The notes under the pieces were generated by a model, which worked only from the letters and a program-made list of their open reading frames with translations, was not told where the DNA came from and searched no databases. Below, piece after piece: positions 47,407-57,048 of a stretch of DNA of 64,000 nucleotides (the stretch's first letter is position 1; the number at the start of each line of letters is the position of its first letter). The position numbers and the translations under genes were made by a program. The stretch comes from Candidatus Latescibacterota bacterium (lineage in GTDB: Bacteria > Latescibacterota > UBA2968 > GCA-2709665): assembly GCA_965219995.1 (NCBI GenBank), contig CBDCOX010000002.1, forward strand, positions 5,088,001 to 5,152,000, given 5' to 3'.

Positions 47407-48390
47407 ATGGTCTACGTTGGAAAGACGGCTATTCCCGGCTCGACCGTCCTGGCGCCGCTGGCCGGCGTGACGGATCGATCGTTCCGGCTGCTCTGCCGGG
47501 AGCAGGGCGCCGGTCTCGCCGTGACGGAGATGGTGAGCGCCCGCGGACTGGCCGACGGCAGCGAGCGTTCGAGCCGCTATCTCGATTTCGAGGCGGACGA
47601 GCATCCCATCTCCGTGCAGATATTCGGGTCGGAGCCGGATGAAATGGCCGAGGGCGCGCGGGTGGCGGCCGAACGGAAGCCCGACCTTCTGGATATCAAC
47701 TGCGGGTGTCCTGTGAAGAAGATCGTGAACCGTCGCGCGGGCGCGGCCCTGCTGAAGGATCCGTCGCGGCTGGGAAGAATCGTCTCGGCAATGGCAAAAG
47801 CGGTTTCGATTCCAGTCACCCTGAAGATCCGCAGCGGGTGGGACGACGACACAAAGGCTTCGGAGGTTGCCCGCCTGGCGGAAGATATGGGCGCGGCGGC
47901 GGTCGCCGTACACGGCCGGACGCGGAAGGCCGGATTTAAGGGAACGGCGGACTGGGACGTGATCCGCGACGTTGCCGACGCCGTTTCGATTCCCGTCATC
48001 GGCAACGGGGACGTCAGGGACCCCCAGGCCGCGAGGGAGATGATGGAACATACCGGATGCGACATGGTGATGGTGGGGCGGTGGGCGATCGGCGACCCGT
48101 GGCTGTTCGGGCGCATCGAGCACTTTCTGGCCACCGGCACGCTGATGGGGGCGCCGTCGGCCCGCGAACGGGTAGAAATGGCCATCCGGCACCTGCGGCT
48201 CTCGGTGGAAAACAAGGGGCTGCCCACCGGGGTCCGTGAGATGAGAAGGCACTTTGCCGCATACACCAGGGGCATCGACGGGGCTGCCGCGTTCCGGCGC
48301 CAGTTGATGACGGAGGATGATCCTGATGGCGTCGAAGCGATCTTGAATGCCGTACGCCGGAGGGCGGAGGAGGGATCGGGTGACTCCTGA
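47407..48390 (+). CDS. dusB: tRNA-dihydrouridine synthase B
   Basis: LAPLAGVTD, VQIFG, DINCGCP, VHGRT, IGNGDV. Confidence 0.93.
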   Translation: MVYVGKTAIPGSTVLAPLAGVTDRSFRLLCREQGAGLAVTEMVSARGLADGSERSSRYLDFEADEHPISVQIFGSEPDEMAEGARVAAERKPDLLDINCGCPVKKIVNRRAGAALLKDPSRLGRIVSAMAKAVSIPVTLKIRSGWDDDTKASEVARLAEDMGAAAVAVHGRTRKAGFKGTADWDVIRDVADAVSIPVIGNGDVRDPQAAREMMEHTGCDMVMVGRWAIGDPWLFGRIEHFLATGTLMGAPSARERVEMAIRHLRLSVENKGLPTGVREMRRHFAAYTRGIDGAAAFRRQLMTEDDPDGVEAILNAVRRRAEEGSGDS

Positions 48391-49156
48391 ACAGGTCCGG
48401 CAGGTGCTCGAAGCAGTGCGCCAAAACCAACTGGACGTCGACGGCGCGATGGATCGGCTGAAGAAGCTGCCGTTTGAAGATCTGGGGTTCGCACACGTGG
48501 ACCATCACCGGGCAATGCGCCAGGGATTTCCCGAGGTGATCTTCTGCCAGGGCAAGACAACGGAGCACGTGGTTGAAATCGCGCGCCGGATCTCGGAGGC
48601 GGGGTCCGCGCTTCTGGCGACCCGGGCCAGCCGGGAACAGGCGGATGCCGTGCGTTCGGCCTTGCCGGAAGCGGACTACAACGCGTTGGCCCGAACGCTG
48701 ACGATTCGCGGGGACGACGCCGGCAACGCGGAGGCGGCGGGGGAGGTGCTGGTGATTTCGGCTGGAACGTCGGATATTCCGGTCGCCGAGGAGGCATTCG
48801 TGACGGCGGAGGCGATGGGCAGCCGCGTGAATAAGCTGTACGACGTTGGCGTGGCGGGGATTCACCGGCTTTTCGCGCACCGCGAGCAGATTGACCGGGC
48901 CGCTGCGATCGTGGTGGCGGCGGGGATGGAGGGCGCGCTGCCTTCCGTGGTCGGCGGACTGGTGGAGGTCCCGGTGATCGCGGTACCGACCAGCGTGGGC
49001 TATGGCGCCAGTTTCGGTGGATTGGCCGCGCTGCTCGGGACGTTGAATTCCTGCGCGCCGGGCGTGGCGGTGGTGAATATCGACAATGGATTCGGCGCGG
49101 GCTTCTTCGCGAGTCTCGTCACGCGGACGCAGGACCGATCGAGGCACGAGTCGTAG
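48380..49156 (+). CDS. larB: Nickel-pincer cofactor biosynthesis protein LarB (PurE-like)
   Basis: DHHR..RQGFPEVIF, AGTSDIPVAEEA, DVGVAGIHRL, AGMEGALPSV, PTSVGYG, VNIDNGFGA. Confidence 0.93.
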   Translation: MTPEQVRQVLEAVRQNQLDVDGAMDRLKKLPFEDLGFAHVDHHRAMRQGFPEVIFCQGKTTEHVVEIARRISEAGSALLATRASREQADAVRSALPEADYNALARTLTIRGDDAGNAEAAGEVLVISAGTSDIPVAEEAFVTAEAMGSRVNKLYDVGVAGIHRLFAHREQIDRAAAIVVAAGMEGALPSVVGGLVEVPVIAVPTSVGYGASFGGLAALLGTLNSCAPGVAVVNIDNGFGAGFFASLVTRTQDRSRHES

Positions 49157-49159
49157 CCG

Positions 49160-50614
49160 CTACCGGCGTCGAAGCCCGAGGCGGTGCTGGAGAGAGACGG
49201 GGCGGCCGGCGGTATCCGCGAGCGGTCGCGGCGGAGATGAGCCCTTCGTTTTCAGGCTGAGAACGACGAGACAGAACAGCGCGACCGGGACGGCCAGCAG
49301 GTCTGCCGGCAGGTCCGGCGTGAGGTAGATGAAACAGATCCAGGCGGCGAATCCGGCGACCATGGCTGCGAGCGCGCCGGGCAGGTTGGCCCGGGACCAC
49401 CAGATACCGGCGGTGAGCGGCACGAAGAGGGTGGCGAGCAGGATCGACCACGAATTCACCATGAGCGAATAGACGGTATTGTGCGCCAGCGCGAGGTAGA
49501 GGGCAATCAGGCCGAGGACCGGTACGCTGATGCGGCAGATCCTGAGGATGGACCTTTCGTCGGCGTCCGGGCGGACGTAGCGGACCAGGTCCCATCCGAT
49601 AACGCTGGCGGGGGCGAGCAGGGCGCTGTCCGCGCTGCTCATCAGGGCGGAGACGAGCGCGCCCAGAAAAACCGCCATGGCGAGAGGCGAGAGATATTTC
49701 ATGCCCAGCTGCATCATGATCATATCAGGATCGGCGATATCGGGAAAGATGAGGGTCCCGGCAATGCCGAGAAACACCGGCAACAGCCCCACCGTAAGAT
49801 AGAGCGCGCCGGCGAGATAGGCGCTGTTCTGGGCGACGGACTCACTCCTGCTTGAAAGACTCCGCTGGATGAGGTCCTGCCCCGCCAGATTGCCCAGTCC
49901 GATGACCAGCCAGTCCCTGGCGTAGGCGAACCAGCCGGGCGCGCCGGCGTTCCGGGGGTAGAGATAGAACCGGTCTTCGGGAATCCGGGCGCTGATGGCC
50001 GACCACCCACCCATATCGTTCAGCAGCAGCGGCGTAATGACCAGGAGCCCCACGGATAGAACGGCCACCTGGATGAAGTCCGTCAGCGTGACGGCCCACA
50101 TGCCTCCCGCCGTCGTGTACACGAGGACGATCGCCGCGCCGATACAGATGCCCAGCGTCGGGTCGATTCCGGTGAGCGATTGGATGACCCTGCCGAAGGC
50201 GACCATCAGGGACGCCACCCACCCGAGATATGCCGGGATGGTGCACAGCGCGGCCATCGCGCCCGCCGTGCGGCCGAAGCGGCTTTCGAAAAAACCCGCG
50301 ATGGTGGTCAGGCCCATCCTCCGCATGATCCTGACGTAGAACAAGCCCGCGAGAAACAGACAGAGTGCCGCGCCGAACGGATCGGCGATGACGCCCATGA
50401 ATCCCTTCTTGTAGGCCTCGCTGGCGGCCCCGATCACGATCCCGCCCCCGAACCATGTGGCCGCCAGGGTCCCGGTGGCCAGCCAGATTCCCAGCCTCCG
50501 GCCGGCGACGATGAAGTCGGCGGAGCCCTTGACGCGCCGGCCCGCGTAGAGACCGACCGCGAGCGTCACCAGGATATAGGCCGCGAGGCCGAGGATGATC
50601 GTCAGATTGGGCAT
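49160..50614 (-). CDS. Sodium:solute symporter family protein
   Basis: DFIVAGRRL, ATWFGG, YTTAGGMWAVTLTDFIQ, SALMSSADS. Confidence 0.92.
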   Translation of the reverse strand: MPNLTIILGLAAYILVTLAVGLYAGRRVKGSADFIVAGRRLGIWLATGTLAATWFGGGIVIGAASEAYKKGFMGVIADPFGAALCLFLAGLFYVRIMRRMGLTTIAGFFESRFGRTAGAMAALCTIPAYLGWVASLMVAFGRVIQSLTGIDPTLGICIGAAIVLVYTTAGGMWAVTLTDFIQVAVLSVGLLVITPLLLNDMGGWSAISARIPEDRFYLYPRNAGAPGWFAYARDWLVIGLGNLAGQDLIQRSLSSRSESVAQNSAYLAGALYLTVGLLPVFLGIAGTLIFPDIADPDMIMMQLGMKYLSPLAMAVFLGALVSALMSSADSALLAPASVIGWDLVRYVRPDADERSILRICRISVPVLGLIALYLALAHNTVYSLMVNSWSILLATLFVPLTAGIWWSRANLPGALAAMVAGFAAWICFIYLTPDLPADLLAVPVALFCLVVLSLKTKGSSPPRPLADTAGRPVSLQHRLGLRRR

Positions 50615-50672
50615 ACTGTGACCTGGATGCAGAATCCGGAATCGGACGCAGGCGCAGCCGCCGGGTACCTCA

Positions 50673-51821
50673 TCACTCGATCCGGTTGTGTTGCTTCATG
50701 ATGTCGACGAGCCGGTCCAGCGGGAGGCCGGGTATCGTCCTGTTGTCCCGTCCCGTCATCGTATCGGCGGCGAAGAGCGCGTTGACGATGGCTTCCTCGG
50801 TGGCCTCGACGGCGGCCTGAAGAAGCGGATTGAGGCGGCGGTCCCGGAGGGTCTTGACCGTATCCGCTGCCGCCGCGTCCCGGGGGATGCGGTGAGCGGT
50901 GGAGAACGCAAGAACGAGGTCGCCGCTGCTTGTTCGCGAAAAGGTGCCGGTGCGGCTCATGCCGAGTGCGGACCGTTTACAGAGCCGCCGGAGCTGAATG
51001 GGAATCAGCGGCGCGTCGGTGGCGATCAGAATGACGATGGAACCGTCCCGGGCCGGCGGACGTGCCACCGGCAGGTGGCGCCCCACGGGGACCCCGTCGA
51101 TGACCAGATTGGGACGACGGCCGCAGTTTGCCACGACCAGCACACCCAGGGTATAGGCGCCCTGGGCCTTTGTAAGTACACGCGACGCCGTTCCGATGCC
51201 GGCCTTGAATCCGTACGCACGCATCCCCGTACCCGCACCTACCGATCCCTCGGCGACCGGCCCGTCCGCGGCGGATTCGATCGCACGGATGACGTGTTCC
51301 TCCGTTACATGGCGGCCCGCGATGTCGTTGAGGCCGCCATCGTAACATTCGGCCACAACGGGCAGGGGAACGCGCCCCGGGTTCTGCCGGAGCATATAGG
51401 CAACGACGCCGCTGTACCCCTCGCCGACGCTCAACGTGTTGGTGAGGACCACCGGAACCTCCAGCAGACCCCGTTCGTTGACCCACTCCATGCCTGTCAT
51501 CTCGCCGTTTCCGTTGATCGCTTCGGCCGCGGCGTAGACCTGGTTCAGGTAGACGTCATCGGGATGCGGCACCACGGCCGTCACGCCGGTGCGGACGGGC
51601 CCCTTTCCGACAACCAGATCCCCTTCGCCGCTGATGAGGGTGACGTGCCCCACCATGACGCCCGATACGTCGGTGATGGCGTTATGGGGGCCGGGCGCGA
51701 GAACGCCGATTTTAATACCCAGGTCTCTGGCGCGCGGGCGTTCGCCGCCCCGGGCGTCCGAGCAGAGCGCGAGGACGACGAGGGCGAGTCCCCATTTGCA
51801 CAAGTGTGGACGAAAAGACAT
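50673..51821 (-). CDS. P1/S58 family peptidase (DmpA-like beta-peptidyl/D-aminopeptidase) with a signal peptide
   Basis: NAITDV, RTGVT, NGNGE, EGSVGAGTGM, the G-S autoprocessing site in DGSIV, SSGD; start placed at the ATG at 51821. Confidence 0.88.
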   Translation of the reverse strand: MSFRPHLCKWGLALVVLALCSDARGGERPRARDLGIKIGVLAPGPHNAITDVSGVMVGHVTLISGEGDLVVGKGPVRTGVTAVVPHPDDVYLNQVYAAAEAINGNGEMTGMEWVNERGLLEVPVVLTNTLSVGEGYSGVVAYMLRQNPGRVPLPVVAECYDGGLNDIAGRHVTEEHVIRAIESAADGPVAEGSVGAGTGMRAYGFKAGIGTASRVLTKAQGAYTLGVLVVANCGRRPNLVIDGVPVGRHLPVARPPARDGSIVILIATDAPLIPIQLRRLCKRSALGMSRTGTFSRTSSGDLVLAFSTAHRIPRDAAAADTVKTLRDRRLNPLLQAAVEATEEAIVNALFAADTMTGRDNRTIPGLPLDRLVDIMKQHNRIE

Positions 51822-51877
51822 GAAATAAGGCTCGAATTTGGAGTTCAACGCCACCACCGTGCGGACAGTGGGGACGG

Positions 51878-52061
51878 GACCTACCCCCTGACCCCCTTCC
51901 AAGCAGGAAGGGGGAAAGCGGGTTCCTATTGCGTGATCCTCGTTTGCCTTTCCCTCGGAAAGGGCGAAAACAAGATCCCAGGGAGCAACCGGCTTTTCCC
52001 TTTCCTTCAGGAAAGGGTCCCTGCCTGACGGCGTTTTTTCGGCAGGCAGGGGGGATAGGTC
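51878..52061. repeat. Family C C-rich/G-rich multi-hairpin element
   Basis: GACCTACCCCC...GGGGATAGGTC ends with internal CCCCCTTCC/GGAAGGGGG and CCCTTTCC/GGAAAGGG hairpins; related to 56930-57039. Confidence 0.7.
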
Positions 52062-52124
52062 TGCGCCGCTTCCAGGCTTTCCGCTCCACAGCGCTGACGT
52101 CGACTGATTCGGTTTTCGTTTCAA

Positions 52125-52156
52125 GCTGACTGCTGACCGCTGATGGCTGAAAGCTG
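52125..52156. repeat. Heptamer tandem repeat (GCTGANN x4.5)
   Basis: GCTGACT GCTGACC GCTGATG GCTGAAA GCTG. Confidence 0.7.
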
Positions 52157-52182
52157 CTTTTCTCCCGCCGAATTCAAGCAAC

Positions 52183-53361
52183 CTATTTCAGGGCCGGAAC
52201 GCTCGCTTTCCCCGTGTCGCGTGGTCTGTGGACCCTTCCCTTCCAGACGAAACTGCCGAACGATCCGGAAAGCCCCACCAGAACCGTGTAAGGAATCTGC
52301 AGGAATTCCCAGACCGGCAGCACAGGCAGGAGGTCCGTCCGTCCGAACCTCCGTGCGCCCTTCCATACCACAGCCAGGTCCGCCAGGGTCCTGGCCGCGA
52401 AACAGGCCAGCGGCAGACCGACGCCGGTTCCCGCGATCCCTGAAATCAATGCAGCGGGAATGAACAGGTTGAGCGTAAACACGTTCGCGAGATAGGCGAA
52501 GAATAGGGGATTGAGCGCCAGCATGCACCGCGCGTTCGACGCCCATCGGCGCCGCTGGGTCCAGAATCCCGCCATGGTTTCGGCGCGACGGGTGCTGACG
52601 AAGGTGTGAGGGTCGTCTGCGAAGACGATCTTTGCGCCGGTCCGGCGGAACAGCTGAAGCAGAAGGACGTCATCGCCGGACGGACGGTGCGCGATTTCCT
52701 CGAATCCGGCGACCCGCTCGAAAAGCGCTTTCCGGTAGGCGAAATTCTGTCCCGATGCGGCCAGCGGCACCCCGAGGTTGGCGGCGCCGGCGGAAGCGGA
52801 CATGAGCGCGAGAAAGTCGACCGCCTGGATGCGCTCCGCCAGCGTCAGCGGGTCCCCGGCGCGTTTAACCTGCGAGAATCCGATGACGGCGTCCGCGCCG
52901 GTTTCGAATTGCGAGACCATTCCTGAAATCCACGTGGGCGGAACGTCGCAATCCGCGTCGGTGGTCAGGATGATGCTCCCGCGCGCGGCCCGGATGCCCT
53001 CGGAGAGCGGCCGTTTCTTTGCCGCCATATGCCGGAACGCGTCCGTGACTTCAATGCTCCGGACCCGGGGGTGCCTGGCGGCGAATTCGGCCGAGATATC
53101 AGGGGTATCGTCCGTGGAGCCGTCGTCGACGACGAGGACTTCATACCGGTCGGCCGGGTACGTCTGTCCGATCAGTCCCGTGAGGCAAACGGCGATCTGA
53201 TCCGCTTCGTCCCTTGCGGCAACCACCACCGATACGAACGGAAAGGCGTGGGCGTCAACGCGCCGGTTCTTTCGCCGCAGGCCGACCAGAAACGCCAGGG
53301 CGGCGGCCGCGTACACAGCCGTCGAGACCATCAGGATCGCATGGATCAGGGTGGTTGACAC
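52183..53361 (-). CDS. Membrane glycosyltransferase, family 2
   Basis: VVAARDE, VDDGSTD, TTDADC, SGDD, QRRRW; start uncertain. Confidence 0.88.
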   Translation of the reverse strand: MSTTLIHAILMVSTAVYAAAALAFLVGLRRKNRRVDAHAFPFVSVVVAARDEADQIAVCLTGLIGQTYPADRYEVLVVDDGSTDDTPDISAEFAARHPRVRSIEVTDAFRHMAAKKRPLSEGIRAARGSIILTTDADCDVPPTWISGMVSQFETGADAVIGFSQVKRAGDPLTLAERIQAVDFLALMSASAGAANLGVPLAASGQNFAYRKALFERVAGFEEIAHRPSGDDVLLLQLFRRTGAKIVFADDPHTFVSTRRAETMAGFWTQRRRWASNARCMLALNPLFFAYLANVFTLNLFIPAALISGIAGTGVGLPLACFAARTLADLAVVWKGARRFGRTDLLPVLPVWEFLQIPYTVLVGLSGSFGSFVWKGRVHRPRDTGKASVPALK

Positions 53362-53441
53362 GGGCAACCATATTGGGAAGGGGTTGGAATCGGGACGTGT
53401 GTGAGCTAAAAAGCAGGAACGCGGGTCGCCGCTTCGGACCG

Positions 53442-54500
53442 CTAATGTTTCACCACTTCGATATCGTAGAAAAGTCCCTTGACGCCTTCTGAACAATTGT
53501 TGCAGATGGGCACGGCGGACCGGTCTTTGAGGATGGCGTTTCTGAAACCGGTATACGCCTCACCGGACCAGGTGTCTTCGAAGTCCGGGTTTTCCAGTGC
53601 ATTGCCCAGGCCGTAGTGAACGTCTTTGTCAAAACAGCACGGCGAAACGGCTCCGTCCCAGTTGACGACGGTGCTGTACCAGAGGTGCCTGCAGGAATTG
53701 GTGATCCTGCCGTTCATTGTCAACCGGTCTTTATCGTAACGGTAGCGGCTGTAGGATTCGTCCTCCGGAAGGTACTGTTCCGCTTCGGCGTCCGTATAGA
53801 CCTGGGCGGTTTTCAGCGACAGCCTGTCCACGCCGAGTTCCCGCGCGAGATTCCGGGCGGCTTCGATCTCGGTTTCGTTGTGTTTGAAGATGATGAATTG
53901 CAGGTGGATGACGGGATGGTCCGCGTTCAGGGTCTTCTTTGCCGCGCTGAGGAGACGGATCCCGTCCAGGACCCGGTCGAAGTTGCCCCCGACGCGGTAC
54001 TTGACGTAGGACTCCGGGGTCACCCCGTCCAGGGAGACCACGATTTCGTCCAGCCCGGAGGAGACGATATCTTCGGCGTCGTCCCGGCTTCGGATGTAGT
54101 GGACATTGGTGCTGGTGATGGTGGGTACGTTGCGGGCCTTGGCCAGACGGACCATGTCGGTCAGCCGCTTGTTGATGAAGGGCTCGCCCTGGTTCCACAG
54201 CATCAGGAGCACGAGGTCTTTCGCCTGCTCCTCGAAGATCCGCTTGAAGGCTTCGAATTCCATCGTGCCGCGGGGCCTTGTGAGTCCCCCGTTGCCGGAT
54301 GGACAGAGCGGACATTTGAGATTGCAGAGGTTCGTGGGCTCCAGCATCAGGATGAAAGGCCGCCCCATTCGGATATCGCGTCCGGCCAGCCGCGAAAGGG
54401 CGAACGAGAGGACCACCTTGGCCGCGTTCCAGACGCGCCGGACCGTCAGCGTCCGATGGTAGCGCGCAACCGTCCCCGGCAGCAGTCTGAGTGAGAGCAT
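53442..54500 (-). CDS. Radical SAM protein with a SPASM/twitch domain
   Basis: CNLKCPLC, QGEP, VSLDG; C-terminal C...SPCC...CNNC. Confidence 0.92.
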   Translation of the reverse strand: MLSLRLLPGTVARYHRTLTVRRVWNAAKVVLSFALSRLAGRDIRMGRPFILMLEPTNLCNLKCPLCPSGNGGLTRPRGTMEFEAFKRIFEEQAKDLVLLMLWNQGEPFINKRLTDMVRLAKARNVPTITSTNVHYIRSRDDAEDIVSSGLDEIVVSLDGVTPESYVKYRVGGNFDRVLDGIRLLSAAKKTLNADHPVIHLQFIIFKHNETEIEAARNLARELGVDRLSLKTAQVYTDAEAEQYLPEDESYSRYRYDKDRLTMNGRITNSCRHLWYSTVVNWDGAVSPCCFDKDVHYGLGNALENPDFEDTWSGEAYTGFRNAILKDRSAVPICNNCSEGVKGLFYDIEVVKH

Positions 54501-54502
54501 AT

Positions 54503-55603
54503 CTATTTCCAGCGGGAGGGCGCCAGTGCGCCCGCGGCGCAGATGACGACGACGTACGGTACGGAAATCAGTTCAAGGAGCGGAAACAACCGGAGGATTC
54601 TCCGCGCATTGAAACGGCGGGCGGCGCCGGAAAGCAGCAACCAGTCGGCGAGTATTTTTGCCGCGCCTATCATACCGTAGGGGAATCGGAGCGCGGGATC
54701 CAGCCAGGCGAGGAAAGGCGCCGCGGCGAGGACCACGTGGAATATATAGAGACTCAAAGCGACAGGCAAGACCGAAAATCCGTAATGGACCGCCTTTGAC
54801 TGGTAGCGGACCTGACGGCGGTACAGGCCCTCGGTATGCGGGGATGAACTCACCCTCGCGTCCGGGTTGAATCGGATGCGCCAGGCCGTTTTCGAGGCGA
54901 TGCGCCGCATCAGCAGGACGTCGTCTCCACCGCGGATATGTCCGATGGGATCGAATCCTCCCGCATCGTGGAACGCCGACCTGCGATAGGCGAGATTCCG
55001 TCCGGAACACGTCAGAGGAAAACCCAGACCGATGCTGCCGGCCGCCAGGGTGGACACCACCAGTCCCTGCAGGGCAAGCAGGCCGGACAGGGCCCCGCGC
55101 CTCGGGATCAGGGGCGCATATCCGGCAACCATGCCGACGTCGGGATCGAAAGCGCGTACCGTGGAAGCGATCCAGTCGGAGGAGGGGATACAGTCGGCGT
55201 CTGTGGTGAGGATGATTTCCCCGGCGCCAGCGCGGATGCCGGCCTCCAGGGCGGCTTTCTTCGGGCAGGCGTGCGTGCCGCCGGTTGCGCGGACGACCCT
55301 GAGACCGGGAATGCGGTCCGTCCACGCCATCGCGAGGCGCCCGGTGTCATCCGTGGAATGGTCGTCGACGACGATGACCCGGGTGCGTTCCGGAGGATAG
55401 GTCTGTGCGGCGAGGGCCGAGAGGCACCCGTCGATACGATGGGATTCGTTGCGGGCGGGAATGACGACCGTGACGTCGGGGGTATCGGCGTTGCTGCCGG
55501 CCGACAGGCGACTCAGGCCTCTATGGATGGCGCCCGCGACGACGACGTAGACCAGGCAGAGCAGAGATGAGGCGAATGCCAGCGCTTCCATCGCGGCCGT
55601 CAC
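54503..55603 (-). CDS. Membrane glycosyltransferase, family 2
   Basis: IPARNE, VDDHSTD, TTDADC, GGDD, QVRY. Confidence 0.88.
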   Translation of the reverse strand: MTAAMEALAFASSLLCLVYVVVAGAIHRGLSRLSAGSNADTPDVTVVIPARNESHRIDGCLSALAAQTYPPERTRVIVVDDHSTDDTGRLAMAWTDRIPGLRVVRATGGTHACPKKAALEAGIRAGAGEIILTTDADCIPSSDWIASTVRAFDPDVGMVAGYAPLIPRRGALSGLLALQGLVVSTLAAGSIGLGFPLTCSGRNLAYRRSAFHDAGGFDPIGHIRGGDDVLLMRRIASKTAWRIRFNPDARVSSSPHTEGLYRRQVRYQSKAVHYGFSVLPVALSLYIFHVVLAAAPFLAWLDPALRFPYGMIGAAKILADWLLLSGAARRFNARRILRLFPLLELISVPYVVVICAAGALAPSRWK

Positions 55604-56781
55604 GTATCACAGGCGCGGTCGGCATCATCGATGCATTGCCGGATCCATGCCAGGTTGGCTTGCGGCATAATGCCGTAGTTGTAGAAGGAAAACCGGCGGA
55701 TGCCCAGATTCAGCGCGCGTTCGACGCCGGCGCTGAGTGTCCGGGCGTCCGGAGACGCGGGAGGATAGGCCTGCAGACCCACCACGAGTTGACGCGGGTA
55801 CTTCAGGTCGGGAACGATATCGGAGATCGCCGCGTGAATCCGGTCGGCGTCCGGTGTGTACGCGAGGGTTTCCGCATAGTCCGCGATGTTCGCCAGCCGC
55901 GAGCGGTCGATCGCCGCGTGAAACCGGTCGCCCATGAAGATGAATGAAACAGGGACTCCGGCGGCGGCTTTGACCTCTTCCAGCAGGCTCGCGACCACCT
56001 CGTCGCGCATCCGGACGAACGGCTCGAGTTGCGGAATCGAGGCGATGAGTTCCTCGCGGGATCCGGCGGGCGGGATGCCGGAAGCCAGGGTCCGGCGCAG
56101 CCTGGATTCCACGGCCCGCGAAAGGGCGTCGGGGTCCAGGCCGTTCTCTTTCGCCCGCGAACGACAGGCGCCGCAGAAGCAGAGGGAGAGGAAAAAACGG
56201 CCTCCGGGTCCGAGGTCGACGCCGTGTTTGACGTGATAATGCGTGTGTCCGAACCCGCCGTAGGAAAGGGATTCGCATTCCAGGAGCGCGATTCCGTAGT
56301 TTTCGGCGAGGTCCCGGGCCAGTGCCGCGGCAAACGCGCGGACCCCCGGGTTGGCCGGACAGAGCCAGGACGTGCTGACGTCGCCGGTACAGGTGACTTC
56401 AGCGCATTCAGGATGGCGGCCGGCCTGGTACGAGTTGTGAAGAAATACCGTCCATGCGATGAGTTGCAGTCCGGCGCCTGCCGCGGCCCCGGCGGCGACC
56501 GCGTACCAGTTCTCGCCGCCCGTGAGCGGGCTGACGTGAGGTTGTAGGGGTGTGTCGGCATACAGGCCCGTGTCGGGCTGAAAATAGACGGCGGCCTGGG
56601 GGATCTGGAGGAGCACCCGCGTCGGTGAATGCGGGCGCAGCATCTCGAAGGTGTGGTACGCCGAGGCCAGGCTGATGGCATCCAGACCGACTTCGTCCCG
56701 GAGCCGGGTTGCGATGGCCTTGGGCCCGCCGTCGGCGAGGTCCCACGGGTAGGACCAGAGCGTGGTGTGCAGGTTGGACAA
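55600..56781 (-). CDS. Hypothetical TIM-barrel protein (glycoside hydrolase-like)
   Basis: YPWDL, AYH, WTVFLHN, LCPANP, CFCGAC, FYNYG; overlaps the next gene by 4 nt. Confidence 0.65.
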   Translation of the reverse strand: MSNLHTTLWSYPWDLADGGPKAIATRLRDEVGLDAISLASAYHTFEMLRPHSPTRVLLQIPQAAVYFQPDTGLYADTPLQPHVSPLTGGENWYAVAAGAAAGAGLQLIAWTVFLHNSYQAGRHPECAEVTCTGDVSTSWLCPANPGVRAFAAALARDLAENYGIALLECESLSYGGFGHTHYHVKHGVDLGPGGRFFLSLCFCGACRSRAKENGLDPDALSRAVESRLRRTLASGIPPAGSREELIASIPQLEPFVRMRDEVVASLLEEVKAAAGVPVSFIFMGDRFHAAIDRSRLANIADYAETLAYTPDADRIHAAISDIVPDLKYPRQLVVGLQAYPPASPDARTLSAGVERALNLGIRRFSFYNYGIMPQANLAWIRQCIDDADRACDT

Positions 56782-56929
56782 TCAGGTATCTCCGAACAGA
56801 ATGCGTTGGCGCCGGACCGTCGGTCATGCGCGCTCTTCCCGTCGCGCAGCACATTTGTGTGGGACGTTGATTGTACCATCAATTGATGGCGATTGCAAGG
56901 GATATCGGGTGCAGTTCACCAGATCGGAC

Positions 56930-57039
56930 GACCTACCCCCTTTCCCCCTTCCCGGGGGGACGGGGAAACTGCGACTCCCTCACGGTCTCATGGTTTTCTC
57001 CCCCTTTCCCTCCGGGAGAGGGGGCCGGGGGGAGAGGTC
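56930..57039. repeat. Family C element, copy 2
   Basis: GACCTACCCCC...CCCTTTCCCTCCGGGAGAGGG...GGGGAGAGGTC. Confidence 0.7.
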
Positions 57040-57048
57040 TCCCCGCTT

